Source of the DNA: Macrostomum lignano
Taxonomy: Eukaryota
Assembly (NCBI GenBank): GCA_002269645.1
Contig: NIVC01000366.1
Location: forward strand, 1 to 64,000
Length of the DNA stretch: 64,000 nt
Reading direction: 5' to 3'
Shown: positions 1 through 13,094 of the stretch, one piece after another
Layout of the letters: each line of letters begins with the position of its first letter
How positions within the stretch are numbered: position 1 is the stretch's first letter
Position numbers and translations under genes: made by a program
The notes under the pieces: model-generated
Told to the model about the DNA's origin: nothing
The model's input: the letters and a program-made list of their open reading frames with translations, nothing else
Databases searched by the model: none

Positions 1-400
1 CTAGATTTTCTGAGATCTACCGTCCGTGAGATTTTTCTGAGATCTAGCGTGAGATTTTCTTATATCTACGTGAGATTTTGTGAGATCTGCTGTGAGATTT
101 TGTGAGATCTGCTGTGAGATTTTCTAAGATCTAGTGTGAGATTGTCTAAGATCTATTGTGAGCTTTTCTTGGATCCAGTGTGAGATTTTTCGAGATGCTG
201 TGAGATTTTCTGAGATCTACTGTGAGATTTTCTTGGATCCAGTGTGAGATTTTTTAAAATGCTGTGAGATTTTCTGAGAAATGCCGTCTGTAAGATTTTC
301 TAAGATCCAATGTGAGATCGTCTGAGATGTAGCGTGAGATTTTCTGAGATCTACTGTGAGATTTTTCTCTGTGAGATTTTTCTTGTGCGGTGAAGTCTTA
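1..400. repeat. Degenerate ~21-bp tandem repeat (TGTGAGATTTTCTGAGATCTAC-like) in the intron upstream of the UBE2S exon
   Basis: GTGAGATT core recurs throughout 1-400. Confidence 0.9.
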
Positions 401-563
401 GAAAGTTGTCGCACAACGAATCTAACGAATTATCTTAGTAACGATGAACAGTGTGCAATAAAAATATAACCCCTGTGTCTACTCATAGCAAGTACTATAA
501 ATCTGCAATCTCAAACATTAGAATTTAGAATTTCAACCATTTTTCTCTGCCTGTTTCGCGCAG

Positions 564-1314
564 GAGGCTGGCCGGCTTCTGCTAGAAGACTACGCTGAGT
601 ACTTTTCCAGGGCGCGCCTGTTCACAGAGGTTCATGCCTTGCAGAATCCCGCTGTTGCCGCTGGGTTCGAGCCGATGGAGGCCGGCGACAATGCCGTGTA
701 ATTGAACGTTCTTGTTTCGTCTTTTTCTGATTCCTATTATCCTGGATCTATCGGGGATGAGTGATAATTGATCCCATTCTTATTTATTTAAGATCAGAAT
801 TCAGAATCCCCATTTCCATATGGATCAGAATCCCCTATTCTATATGGGTTCAGAATTCCCATTTCTATATGGGATCAGAATCCCCATTTTTATATGGGAT
901 CAGAATCCCCTATTCTATATGGGTTCAGAATTCCCATTTCTATATGGGATCAGAATCCCCATTTTTATATGGGATCAGAATCCCCATTTTTATATGGGAT
1001 CAGAATCCCCATTTCTATATGGTATCAGAATCCCCATTTTTATATGGGATCAGAATCCCCTATTCTATATGGGTTCAGAATTCCCATTTCTATATGGGAT
1101 CAGAATCCTCATTTCTATTTTGTATCAGAATCCTCATTTGATTTCTTAATTCACTCGAAAATCCTGCAGACTTCGTGACGCCAACGACAATGCCATTGCC
1201 TCAGTTGCCGCCTCTTCCACAGCAGCCGGCACATCCGGCTTGGCCAAGCGACCCCTGGCTCAGCCTGCAGGACCTGCGGCTAAAAAGTCTAAAAAAGCTT
1301 TGAAACGTCTTTGA
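564..1314 (+). CDS. UBE2S: Ubiquitin-conjugating enzyme E2 S, last two exons (564-697, 1170-1314); 5' exons lie outside the window
   Basis: EAGRLLLEDYAEYFSRARLFTEVH matches the UBC C-terminal helix of UBE2S. The basic tail PAAKKSKKALKRL* matches the UBE2S C-terminal peptide. Acceptors at 563 and 1169 and donor GTAATT at 698 keep the frame. Confidence 0.9.
790..1140. repeat. 25-bp minisatellite with three variants (75-bp higher-order repeat) in the last UBE2S intron
   Basis: GGGATCAGAATCCCCATTTTTATAT and variants at 871, 896, 921. Confidence 0.9.
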
Positions 1315-2126
1315 AAGACAGGCATTTTGTTGCCTGTCTGTCCGTCAGTCAACGTATCTGCCGTATCCTAAATTGTGTTTGCAAACCTGTTTGAAAAATG
1401 GAAAACATTAAACAAAAATGATGAGCAAAATCCTTATTTGTCAATCTGCTAATTCATGTTTCATGTGATTTGATGCTGTTGCTTTATTTCTTGACTTCTT
1501 GTTAAGTTCTGTAGCTTAAGAATGCTTTCGCTAAAAAATTCTCGTCCTTTACCTGCTACTTCTACAAGTATTATTTGTGCAGATATTGATTGCGCAATAA
1601 GTCTGAGTTTTTTGAGTTGGGGTTGGAGAGAAAAATCGCTTGTTGGTTTTCTTGCCTTTACTCTCATTCTGTTCTGCGACAATGAATTGCAGTAACACAG
1701 CCTATGCTCTACTATTAATAAAATAGCTATTGAATGCAAACATTGCGTTCATTCTGACAGAACTGCATTAAAAAGGCATTAAAAATATTTTTCAATTTTA
1801 TTTTCCGCTACTTTAAGTAGCCAATATTCAGTAAGAAAAAGAAAAAAATGCCGATATGTTGAGTAAATAACATTGTAGAGGAGTCATTTTTAGTACAGAG
1901 GAAATAGCTTAACTACTAAACTACTACCTATTAAGTAGTAAGTACGAGTAAATACAATAGTTTACGTTATAGAACTAATTAGATGACGAGGTAATTGCGT
2001 TATAAAATGCTGTAATATTTACTCCGGCTTTTTACCTATGTTAATAATTATTTTAACCGTTTGCGTATATACTACTAGAGAATCCATAGTAGTTGAAAAG
2101 CACATTGTTATCCGATTTCAGCGGCC

Positions 2127-3444
2127 ATGTCTACGTCGCCAGCCAATCCCGACGAAGATCCGCTCCTGCAGCAGTTGAACCGCCTGCTGGACATTCAGCA
2201 GAGCGCAGGCCTGCTAGCTCAGCTGGCCAACGCTAAAACCGACGCTGAGAAGGAGCGAATCCTCTTTGCCAGGGTGCTCCGGCCGCAGCTGGCCTTGCCG
2301 CCTTCCTTTACTTCGCCCACATGCCGCCATTGAGTCCGAGGAGCGTCGGGTTCGCGTAGTGATGGATAGTTGCGCTTTCAAAGCCTGTCTGTCCTGTGTA
2401 GCCGGCGGTGCTCTGGGCGCCTTCTTTGGCCTGTTCACGGCCAGCATTGATCCCATGTCCACTGTGGTGCCCGGCGCCGAGACTCCCAGCACTAGACAGG
2501 TGCGTTGCCTGATAACTGCTGTATTTTTTATTCCTAATGATCCTTTATGACCCTTCATAATTCTTTATGACCCTTTATGATCATTTTTAACCCTTTATAG
2601 TCCTATATGGCCCTTTATGATCATATTATGTCCCTTCATGATCATTTATGACCCTTTAGGATCCTGTATGACCCTTTTTGATCCTTTATTACCCTTTTTT
2701 GATCCTTTTATGACCCGTTATGACCTTTCATGATCTTTTATGAAGCTTAATGATCCTCTATGACCCTACATAATCCTTTATGACCATTATGATCCTTTAT
2801 GGCTCTTAATGATCTTTGATGATCATGAATGATCCCTAGTGACCCTTCATCATGCTTTATGACCCTTTTTGATCCTCTATGACTTTACATGATTCTTTAT
2901 GGCCCTCCATCATCGTTTATGACCTTTTTGATCCGTTATGACTTTATGATCCTTTATGACCCTTTATGATCTGTTATGATCCTTAATTATCGTTATGACC
3001 CCTCATGATCCTTTATGACCCTTCATGACCTTTTATAATCCGTATTGATTCTTTATGACTATTTTTTGATTCTTTATAACCCTTCATTTCATGATTATCT
3101 AATACTGTTCTTGTTTAATTTAATGATTTTAGATCTTTAATTACACGCACTATCGTACCTATTCACGATCCTAATTTAACAAATAACGCGCAGGTACTAC
3201 GCGAAATGGGCAGCCGAATGGTGTCCTATGGCAAGAATTTCGCAGTACTAGGCATCATGTTCGCTTCCACGGAATGCGCTCTAGAGGTGGTGCGCGCTAA
3301 AACGATTTGCTCAATGGCACTGGCGCCGGCGCCATCGTTGGCGGCGTGCTGGGATTTCGCGCCGGTTTGAAAGCCGCAGGCGCAGGGGCCGCCGGTTTTG
3401 CCGCCTTCTCTACGGCGATTGACTGGTATATGAAGCATAGGTAG
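2127..3444 (+). CDS. TIMM22: Mitochondrial inner-membrane translocase Tim22 (exons 2127-2499, 3194-3444) with two apparent 1-nt frameshifts (~2290-2340 and A-run at 3299-3302)
   Basis: [57 protein letters not shown] and [27 protein letters not shown] are Tim22 motifs. Donor GTGCGT at 2500, acceptor CAG at 3193. Confidence 0.88.
2540..3085. repeat. Degenerate 10-11 bp repeat (TTTATGACCC/TTATGATC) filling the TIM22 intron
   Basis: Visible short-period TTATGA units. Confidence 0.85.
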
Positions 3445-3564
3445 AGCCTGTAGTGTGGCCTGCGCTGTGTTTGATTTGTATTGCTTAGTGTTCGATTGGG
3501 GAATTCCCCAGTGATTTTCTTGATTGCCTTGCTGATTCAAATGTTTTGGAATTCCTTTGGTGAA

Positions 3565-3995
3565 GGTTAGGGAATTCCCTTGGTGATTTTTAATTAGGGA
3601 ATTCCCTTGGTGATTTCCTATTAGGGAATTCCCTTGGTGATTTCCCATTAGGGAATTCCCTTGGTGATTTCTGATTAGGGAATTCCGTTGGTGATTTCTC
3701 ATTAGGGAATTCCCTTGGTGACAATTGTAGACAATCTCCCTTGGTGATTTCTCATTAGGGAATTCCCTTGGTGACAATTGTAGACAATCTCCCTTGGTGA
3801 TTTCTCATTAGGGAATTCCCTTGGTGACAATTGTAGACAATCTCCCTTGGTGATTTCTCATTAGGGAATTCCCTTGGTGACAATTGTAGACAATCTCCCT
3901 TGGTGATTTCTCATTAGGGAATTCCCTTGGTGACAATTGTAGACAATCTCCCTTGGTGATTTCTCATTAGGGAATTCCCTTGGTGACAATTGTAG
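3565..3995. repeat. 27-bp monomer array turning into a 53-bp dimer array downstream of the TIM22 stop
   Basis: TTAGGGAATTCCCTTGGTGATTT at 27-bp period, then ACAATTGTAGACAATC at 53-bp period (3721, 3774, 3827). Confidence 0.9.
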
Positions 3996-4479
3996 ACAAA
4001 TTGTAGTCGTAATTTCCTGTTGGGGAATTTTCATTCTGGAGGTGCTTTGTTAGGGAATTCTTTTTGTAGCTTCCTGTTTGAGAAATTCCATAGGTTTCCA
4101 TTAGGGAATCCCTAAATTTCTCATTATGAGAGAATCATGGATAGAAGTGCACCAGCTTAATGAATGCACTTACACTTAATTCATGTTCAATGTAAATGCT
4201 ATGAGTAATAGACATCCGTACTTTTCGCTGCAACTTGTTAATACGTATAAAAAGCGTGCATTTTTTATTTCTAGAATTGTTTGTCGCTATATATCAGTTT
4301 TAACAGTACAATATACGAATATTTTACGAGCGTTATTGTCATTCTTTAATTACCTGTGCATCGGTTGGATATGCGATAAGTACCGATGCCTCCGTGCATT
4401 CATTCATTGGAAATATCTCTAGTTGAAATCGTTCTAAATATTTTATTTGTTTATTTTTACTTGAAAAAAGATTGTAGAC

Positions 4480-5365
4480 AATCTCCCTCCTGACCCCCCT
4501 AGAGAATCGCCCTCCTGACCCGCTAGAGAATCGCCCTCCTGACCCCCTTTAGAGAATCGCCCTCCTGACCCCCTTTAGAGAATCGCCCTCCTGACCCGCT
4601 AGAGAATCGCCCTCCTGACCCCCTTTAGAGAATCGCCCTCCTGACCCGCTAGAGAATCGCCCTCCTGACCCCCCTATAGAATCGCCCTTCTGACCCCTTT
4701 AGAGAATCGCCCTCCTGACCCGCTAGAGAATCGCCCTCCTGACCCCCTTTTGAGAATCGCCCTCCCGACCCCTTTAGAGAATCGCCCTCCTGACCCCCTT
4801 TAGAGAATCGCCCTCCTGACCCCTTTAGAGAATCGCCCTCCTGACCCCTTTAGAGAATCGCCCTCCTAACCCCGTTTAGAGAATCGCCCTCCTGACCCCC
4901 CTATAGAATCGCCCTCCTGACCCCCTTTAGAGAATCGCCCTCCTGACCCCTTTAGAGAATCGCCCTCCTGACCCCCTTTAGAGAATCGCCCTCCTGACCC
5001 GCGAGAGAATCGCTCTCCTGACCCGCTAGAGAATCGCCCTCCTGACCCCCTTTAGAGAATCGCCCTCCTGACCCCTTAAGAGAATCGCCCTCCTGACCCC
5101 CTTTAGAGAATCGCCCTCCTGACCCGCTAGAGAATCGCCCTCCTGACCCGCTAGAGAATCGCCCTCCTGACCCCCTTTAGAGAATCGCCCTCCTGACCCG
5201 CTAGAGAATCGCCCTCCCGACCCCCTTTAGAGAATCGCCCTCCTGACCTCCTTTAGAGAATCGCTCTCCTGACCCCCTTTAGAGAATCGCCCTCCTGACC
5301 CCTTTAGAGAATCGCCCTCCTGACCCCCTAGAGAGTCGCCCTCCTGACCCCCTAGAGAATCGCCT
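4480..5365. repeat. 22-24 bp minisatellite AGAGAATCGCCCTCCTGACCC(CTTT/GCT) upstream of CUL4
   Basis: About 38 near-identical units. Confidence 0.95.
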
Positions 5366-5450
5366 CTCTCATAAAAACCCAACCTCTTGTTGCATGCAGC
5401 CCACGGTACACAACAGCAGCATTCAGTGATCAAACCTGGCCACCACCACA

Positions 5451-8400
5451 ATGTCAAACAGCGGCGGTAGCAGATCAATGTTGCATCAGCAGCAGCAGAA
5501 GCCTCCCACCAGCGCTGGTGACTCGAGCAGTTCAGTAGCCAATTCCAGCGCTCCCAGTTCATCCTCAAGGAAATTAGCAATAAAAAATCTGTCGTTAGTT
5601 GGCTCGTCTACTATTGATTATTCGAGCGAGTGGAGCAAGCTCAAGGAGGCTGTGGATGCTGTGTATCAGAGCACCAGTGTGCAGTACACTCTGGAAGATT
5701 TACTCAAAGCTGTTGAAACTGTTTGCAATCATTACTTAGCCGATACTCTTTATAAAGATTTGCAAATGGTTTTTGATCAGTTTGTCCAATCTAATTTGCA
5801 TAAGTGAGTGCTTTTTTGCAGATTAATTGTCTCAGGTGGGTAAGGGGTTCGAATCCGAAGGAATTTTATGAGATTCTCATGTGTGAGAATATTCTGACAT
5901 ATTCTCAGGTGTGAGAGAATATTCTAAGACAGATTCTCAGGTGTGAGAATATTCTGGGAGATTCTCAGGTATGAGAATATTCTAATAGATTCTCAGGTGT
6001 GAGAATATTTTGAGAAAGATTCTCAGCTGTGATATTGTATATTCTGACTAAATATGATGCCGTTATTCCTCGGCCTCTCCCCAGATTCCTAACGGACAGT
6101 CCGGACACAGTGAGCTACCTGCGCACTCTGGCCAGTTTCTGGGACAACTACTGTTGCCAGATCCTCATGATTCGCTGCATATTTTTATTCCTTGATCGGC
6201 AGCACGTACTGTTCAATCCTGAGATGCGCTCCCTGTGGGATCTGGGCTTGAACACATTCAGCAGAAGAATACTGGACAATCGCGAGGTTCAACGCCGCTG
6301 CATTGGCGGCCTGTTGGAGCTTATCGAGCTGGAACGAGGCGGCGATGCTGTCGATCGGCAGTTGCTGCGCACCCTGCTTCGAATGCTATTCGATCTGGGC
6401 CAGTATCGCACCGTGTTCGAGCCCGAGTTCCTGGCTGCCACCGAGCGGCTGTACAGGTGAGACTCTTCTGTGCCCCAGTCCCTGAAGCTGGGAGTTCCAG
6501 TCCCTGAAGCTGGGAACCCCAGTCCCTGAAGCTGGAAATCCCAGTCCGTGAAGCTGGGAACCCCAGTCCCTGAAGTTGGGAATCCTAGTCCCGGAAGCTG
6601 GGGGAATCACAGTCCCTGAAGCTGGGGGAATCCCAGTCCCTGAAGCTGGGGGAATCCCAGTCCCTGAAGTTGGGGGAATCCCAGTCCCTGAAGCTGGGAA
6701 CCCCAGTCCCTGAAGTTGGGAATCCCAGTCCCGGAAGCTGGGGGAATCCCAGTCCCTGAAGCTGAGGGAATCCCAGTCCCTGAAGCTGGGGGAATCCCAG
6801 TCTCTGAAGTTGGGGGAATCCCAGTCCCTGAAGCTGGGAACCCCAGTCCCTGAAGTTGGGAATCCCAGTCCCGGAAGCTGGGGGAATCCCAGTCCCTGAA
6901 GCTGAGGGAATCCCAGTCCCTGAAGCTGGGGGAATCCCAGTCTCTGAAGCTGGGGGAACCCGAGTCCCTGAAGCTGGGAATTCCAATCCCTGAGGCTGGG
7001 AATCCCAGTCAATGAAGGTGGGGGAATCCCGGTCCTTAAAGCTTGGAATCCCAGTCCATGAAGGTTGGGGAATTCCAGTCCCTGAAGGTTGGGGAATCCC
7101 AGTTCCTGAAGCTGAGAATCCCAGTCCCTGAAGGTGGGGGAATCCCAGTCCATGAAGGTGGGGGAATCCCAGTCCATGAAGGTGGGGGAATCCCAGTCCA
7201 TAAAAATAGGAATCCCAGTCCCTGAAACTGGGAATCCCAGTCCCTGAAACTGGGAATCCCAGTCACTGAAACTGAGAATCCCATTCCCTGAAGTTGAGAA
7301 TTCCATTCCCTGAAGCTGAGAATCCCCAACATAGGATCTAAGAAACTGCAACCTGAGAGTTACAAATTTGGCCGAATCCCCCTCTGACGTACGCAGAATC
7401 GAAGGCCAGCAGCGCCTTGCGGCCCTGGAGGTGGCGGACTACCTGAGCCACGTTGAGACTCGGCTAGCAGAAGAGAACGACCGGCTGAGCCACTACCTGA
7501 ACCAGTGCAGCCGGACTCAGTTATTCGCCGTGCTTCTCCAGCAGCTGCTCACTGCCCACCTGCCAGTTATTATTGAACGGGGCCTTCGACCTCTGATTGT
7601 ACCGACTGTCCGGCGAGATGATCTGAGCCGGTTGTACGGACTTTTGGCCAGGTATGTACATTAAGATTCTGTTGATGTGTGTCCTTTGTACCACAGATTT
7701 GATCCGTTAGTGTCCGAGATTTCAGGTCCGTCAGTGTCCGAGATTTTAGATCCGTTTGTGTCCGAGATCTTAGATCCTTTTGTATCCAAGATCTTAGATC
7801 CGTTTGTGTCCGAGATCTTAGATCCTTTTGTGTCCAAGATCTTATATCCGTTTTTGTCCGAGGTTTTAGATCCGTTAGTGTCCGAGATTTCAGATCAGTT
7901 AGTGTGCGAGATTTCAGGTCCGTTAGTGTCCGAGATTTTAGAGCCGTTTATGTCCTAGATTTTAGAATCGTTTGTATCCGAGATTTAGATCCGTTTGTGT
8001 CCGAGACTTGTTTATTCATTAGTGTCAGAGGTTTCACGTTCCATAGTGTCCGATATTTTGGGTGATTGGTGTCCGAAATCACACACTTTTTGTGTCCGAG
8101 GTTTTGATTAGTTAGTGTCCAGGATTAGATTCGCTAGTGTCCGAGATTTAAGACTGGTTAGTGTCCGAGGTTTTATTTATAATATAGTAAATTTATATAG
8201 TATCTAAAACGCCTTTCTTCGGTGTCTAAGATGTCTTCTTTTTAGCTCCAGAGTGTCCGAGATTCTTTCTTGAACTGCTAAAGTGTCCGAGATTTACATG
8301 CGCTATATCCTGAAATCCCTTGTATTCGAATAAAAATCCTCTTGATTCTGTATGCTGAGTAGAGATCACGTGACCAACATATTAACAACTCATCCCCGCC

Positions 8401-11199
8401 CAGAATCGAGGGCGGACACTCGCAGCTGTGCGACGCGTTCAAGTCGCTCATCAAGCAGGAGGGCTGCTCAATCGTGCAAAACCCCAGCTGCGACCCGGAG
8501 AAGGACCGCGCCATGGTGCAGCAGCTGCTGGACTTCAAGGACAAAGTGGACGAGATTCAGGCCAACTGCTTCGATTCCAATGAGAAATTCCAGCACGCCA
8601 TCGTGCACTCGTTTGAGGCCGTGTGCAACTGCCGGCCCAACAAGCCCGCAGAGTACATCGCTAAGTACATCGACTCCAAGCTGAAGTCAGGGAATAAATC
8701 CGCTTCAGATGAGGAATTGGAGCGGCTGCTGGACAAGATTATGGTGCTGTTCAGATTCGTGCAGGTAAGTCTAAGCCTCTTCTTGTTCGCCAGCCTCCCA
8801 GATCCTCAGTTGCTGAGGCACCTACCAGATCTTCAGTTGCTGAGCCAGCCTCCCAGATCCTCAGTTGCTGAGCCAGCCTCCCAGATCCTCAGTTGCTGGG
8901 CCACCAGCCTCCCAGATCCTCAGTTGCTGGGCCAGCCTCTCAAATCCTCAGTTTCTGGGCCAGCCTCTCAAATCCTCAGTTGTTGGGCCAGCCTCCCAGA
9001 TCCTCAGTTGCTTGACCAGCCTCCCAGAGTGTCAGTTGCTGGGCCAGCCTCTCAAATCCTCAGTTGCTGGGCCAGCCTCCCAGATCCTCAGTTGCTGGGC
9101 CAGCCTCTCAAATCCTCAGTTGCTGGGCCAGCCTCCCAGATCCTCAGTTGACAATAGCGTCTAATTAGCCACCGCATCCCGCCGGCAGGGCAAAGACGTA
9201 TTCGAGGCTTTCTACAAGAAAGACCTGGCCAAACGCCTGCTAATCGGCCGGAGCGCCAGCTCGGACGCCGAGAAGTCGATGCTGTCCAAGCTGAAGCAGG
9301 AGTGCGGCGCCGGGTACACCAACAAGCTCGAGGGCATGTTCAAGGATATCGAGCTCAGCCACGACATCAATAGCGCGTTCCGACAGCATCTGGCTCAGCA
9401 GCCGCAACCGCCCAGCATTGACATGTCAGTTAACGTGTTGACCATGGGCTTCTGGCCAACTTATCAGCCTGGCGAGGTCCGCCTGCCGCCGGAGATGATC
9501 AGCCTGCAGGAGCTGTTCAGACGGTTCTATCTGGGCAAGCACACAGGCAGGCGGCTGCTGTTCCAGCACAGTCTGGGTTGCTGCAATTTGAAGGCGCAGT
9601 TCTCTGGCGGCCAGCGCAAAGAGCTGCTGGTTAGTGGAATTTCGCTTGTGCTCTCTATAATAAGCCTTTATTTGCTCATAGTTGTCTTGAGCTTCTATCT
9701 AATTGGTCATAATAGACCTATGATCCTCTACTTGGTCATGATGGGGCCTATGAGTCTCTATCTAATTAGTCATAGTACGGCTTATGAGCCTCTATCTAAT
9801 TAGTCATAGTACGGCTTATGAGCCTCTATCTAATTAGTCATAGTACGGCTTATGAGCCTCTATCTAATTAGTCATAGTACGGCTTATGAGCCTCTATTTA
9901 ATTAGTCATAGTACGGCTTATGAACCTCTATCTAATTAGTCATAGTACGGCTTATGAGCCTCTATCTAATTAGTCATAGTACGGCTTATGAGCCTCTATC
10001 TAATTAGTCATAGTACGGCTTATGAGCCTCTATCTAATTAGTCATAGTACGGCTTATAAGCCTCTATCTAATTAGTCATAGTACGGCTTATGAACCTCTA
10101 TCTAATTAGTCATAGTACGGCTTATGAGTCTCTATCTAATTAGTCACAGTATGCCTTATGAGCCTCTATCTAATTAGTCACAGTATGCCTTATGAGCCTC
10201 TATCTAATTAGTCACAGTATGCCTTATGAGCCTCTATCTAATTAGTCACAGTATGCCTTATGAGCCTCTATCTAATTAGTCATAGTACGGCTTTTGAGCC
10301 TCTATCTAATTAGTCATAGTACGGCTTATGAGCCTCTATCTAATTAGTCATAGTACGGCTTATGAACCTCCATCTTATTGGTCATAGTAGGCTTATGAAC
10401 CTCTATAAAACTTGTCATGGTAGGTTTATGAGCCTCTGTCTAATTGGTCAAAGAGGTTAATTTGATCACAGTAGGTTTATGAGCCCAAACTTACTTGGTC
10501 ATAGTGTGGCTTATGAGCCTATAATGAGCCTCTGAATTTGGTCATTCTGACTTGATATGTTGATCTGTTTGTTTTATCTAGGTTTTTAAGCTTTTATTTG
10601 CTCATAGAGGTTGCTTCTAAAATTCACTTATGAGCTACATTTAGTTGTGTATTTACGAGTCATGAGTCATATCTACTCTCCATCCGCAGGTGTCCGAATT
10701 TCAAACCCTAGTTCTGCTGCTATTCAACGATTCGGACAGTCTCACCCTGATCGAGATCGCCGACCGCACCGGCATAGAGGAGAGCGAGCTGAAGCGGACC
10801 CTGCTGAGCCTGTGTGTCCAGAAGCAGCGGGTGCTGATCAAGAACCCCTCTAGCAAAGATGTACTGCCCACTGACACGTTTCAATACAACGCCGAGTTCC
10901 GGCACAAACTCATCAAGGTGAAGTTCAACCAGCTCCAGCTGAAGGAGACAGACAAAGAGCAGAAGCTCACGGAGGAGCGCGTGTTCGCCGACCGTCAGTT
11001 CCAAGTTGACGCAGCAATTGTTCGAATTATGAAAATGCGCAAAACTCTCGAGCACAATCCGCTGATTGCCGAACTACTCGAACAGCTCAAATTTCCTTGC
11101 AAAGCGTCCGACTTGAAGAAACGAATCGAGAGTCTTATTGATAGGGACTATATTCGCAGGGACAGCGACAAGCAGAACCTCTACCACTATGTGGCTTGA
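5451..11199 (+). CDS. CUL4: Cullin-4 (exons 5451-5803, 6085-6456, 7397-7651, 8404-8764, 9189-9629, 10690-11199)
   Basis: RKLAIKNL N-terminus; [10 protein letters not shown]; [17 protein letters not shown]; [18 protein letters not shown]; [22 protein letters not shown]; neddylation motif [18 protein letters not shown]; terminus YHYVA*. All five introns are GT-AG and phase-consistent. Confidence 0.97.
5870..6030. repeat. ~29-bp repeat in CUL4 intron 1
   Basis: ATTCTCAGGTGTGAGAATATTCT units. Confidence 0.8.
6475..7330. repeat. 21-24 bp minisatellite in CUL4 intron 2
   Basis: CCCAGTCCCTGAAGCTGGG(GG)AAT units, each with CCCAG...CTGGG inverted arms. Confidence 0.95.
7695..8295. repeat. 24-bp minisatellite in CUL4 intron 3
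   Basis: GTGTCCGAGATTTTAGATCCGTTA units decaying 3'-ward. Confidence 0.9.
8790..9150. repeat. 28-bp minisatellite in CUL4 intron 4
   Basis: GCCAGCCTCCCAGATCCTCAGTTGCTGG units (8844, 8872...). Confidence 0.95.
9700..10510. repeat. 34-bp minisatellite in CUL4 intron 5
   Basis: CTTATGAGCCTCTATCTAATTAGTCATAGTACGG units (9781, 9815...), degenerate at both ends. Confidence 0.95.
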
Positions 11200-11254
11200 G
11201 CCCCCTTCTGCACCCTGCGCCTGCGCCCTCTGCATCCACTCTATGTGCCAGCTT

Positions 11255-12210
11255 TCTTCAACTGTATACCCTCTGCCAGTCCTTCAGACTATACCCTCTG
11301 CCAGTCCTTCAGACTATACCCTCTGTCAGTCCTTCAGACTATACCCTCTGCCAGTCCTTCAGACTATACCCTCTGCCAGTCCTTCAGACTATACCCTCTG
11401 CCAGTCCTTCAGACTATACCCTCTGCCAGTCCTTCAGACTATACCCTCTGCCAGTCCTTCAGACTATACCATCCGCCAGTCTCAGACTATACCCTCCGCC
11501 AGTCTCAGACTATACCCTCTGCCAGTCCTTCAGACTATACCCTCTGCCAGTCCTTCAGACTATACCCTCTGCCAGTCTCAGACTATACCCTCTGCCAGTC
11601 CTTCAGACTATACCATCCGCCAGTCTCAGACTATACCCTCTGCCAGTCCTTCAGACTATACCCTCTGTCAGTCCTTCAGACTATATTCTCCGCCAGTCCT
11701 TCAAACTATACCATCCGCCAGTCTCGGACTATACCCTCCGCTAGTCTCAGACTATACCCTCCGCCAGTCCTTCAAACTATACCATCCGCCAGTCTCGGAT
11801 TATACCCTCCGCCAGTCTCAGACTATACCCTCCGCCAGTCTCAGACTATACCCTCCGCTAGTCTCAGACTATACCCTCCGCCAGTCCTTCAGACTATACC
11901 CTCTGTCAGTCCTTCAGACTATATTCTCCGCCAGTCTCGGATTATACCCTCCGCCAGTCTCAGACTATACCCTCCGCCAGTCTCAGACTATACCCTCCGC
12001 TAGTCTCAGACTATACCCTCCGCCAGTCCTTCAGACTATACCCTCTGTCAGTCCTTCAGACTATATTCTCCGCCAGTCTCAGACTATACCCTCCGCCAGT
12101 CCTTCAGACTATACCCTCTGCCAGTCTCAGACTATACCCTCCGCCAGTCCTTCAGACTATACCCTCTGCCAGTCCTTCAGACTATACCCTCCGCCAGTCT
12201 CAGACTACAC
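11255..12210. repeat. 23/25-bp minisatellite starting ~55 bp after the CUL4 stop
   Basis: CAGACTATACCCTCTGCCAGTCCTT and CAGACTATACCCTCCGCCAGTCT units. Confidence 0.95.
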
Positions 12211-13094
12211 CTTCCACCAGTTGTGGAATATACTTTCCTCCAATCTCGTGTGTCCCTTCACTCAAGTAATTTGTCAGCATACTCTCCTGCTCTGATAAAA
12301 TGACAGTTTACTGTACTGTCTGTTAGCCATTGTACTACAAACTGCATATCTGTAGTTAGTAAGCTAGGTGTGAAGTTAACATGGTCCTCCTGTTTAGTAA
12401 CAGGGTTATTGGTTTAATAAGCACTCTGTAGTGTTTCATTTTATTAATCATATTTTCTTTATTTGTTCTTTTTTATTGTTGCCCTTTCGTTTTACTGTTA
12501 CTACTTTATCTGCAGTATAAGTAGTTGAGTGCGCGCAGGCACACATTTCAGAACAGCACCTTCAATCATTTTGTAAACATAAATATATACATTTAGCATA
12601 CCTGGTAAATTATAAATAGTTAAGAGAACAGTTATTTGTTTCTTCTGTCAGGCAGTTACTGGGTACAAGTAGTTTAAACTCTTTTTAAATTCCCCCAAAG
12701 TGTTAATCACCGCCCTTAAGAAGAGTTATTTGTTATACTTTCGTATAAATCACTTCATTCTGTAGAGTTTATTCTGCTACAAACATACATTTATGTACAT
12801 CACGCATACGATTTTTGCTACAATATTTTGCCTGTTAGGGATTAGTTATAATTGGTTTGAATAAATCTGAAGAAATAATAACTCTTTCCCTGCCCGCTCC
12901 CACCTACCTGATTCCCATGTTGATCTGCTTGTACAATTTCGCTAAAATTAATAAACATATGTCTGTTTTAATAAATTTTTTGCTGTTGGCCCCGTGCTCA
13001 GAGGTATTACTGACAAATACTGGGATTTTAAATATTTCATAAAATTATTTATACTGCACAAGTAATAAGTAGCTTATCTTTACGGCTAATCTCT

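Noticed and set aside
6386-12295. Long repetitive ORFs (6386-7351, 8865-9164, 11138-12295 etc.)
   Set aside because: Translations of intronic or UTR minisatellites; CUL4 splicing accounts for the real coding parts
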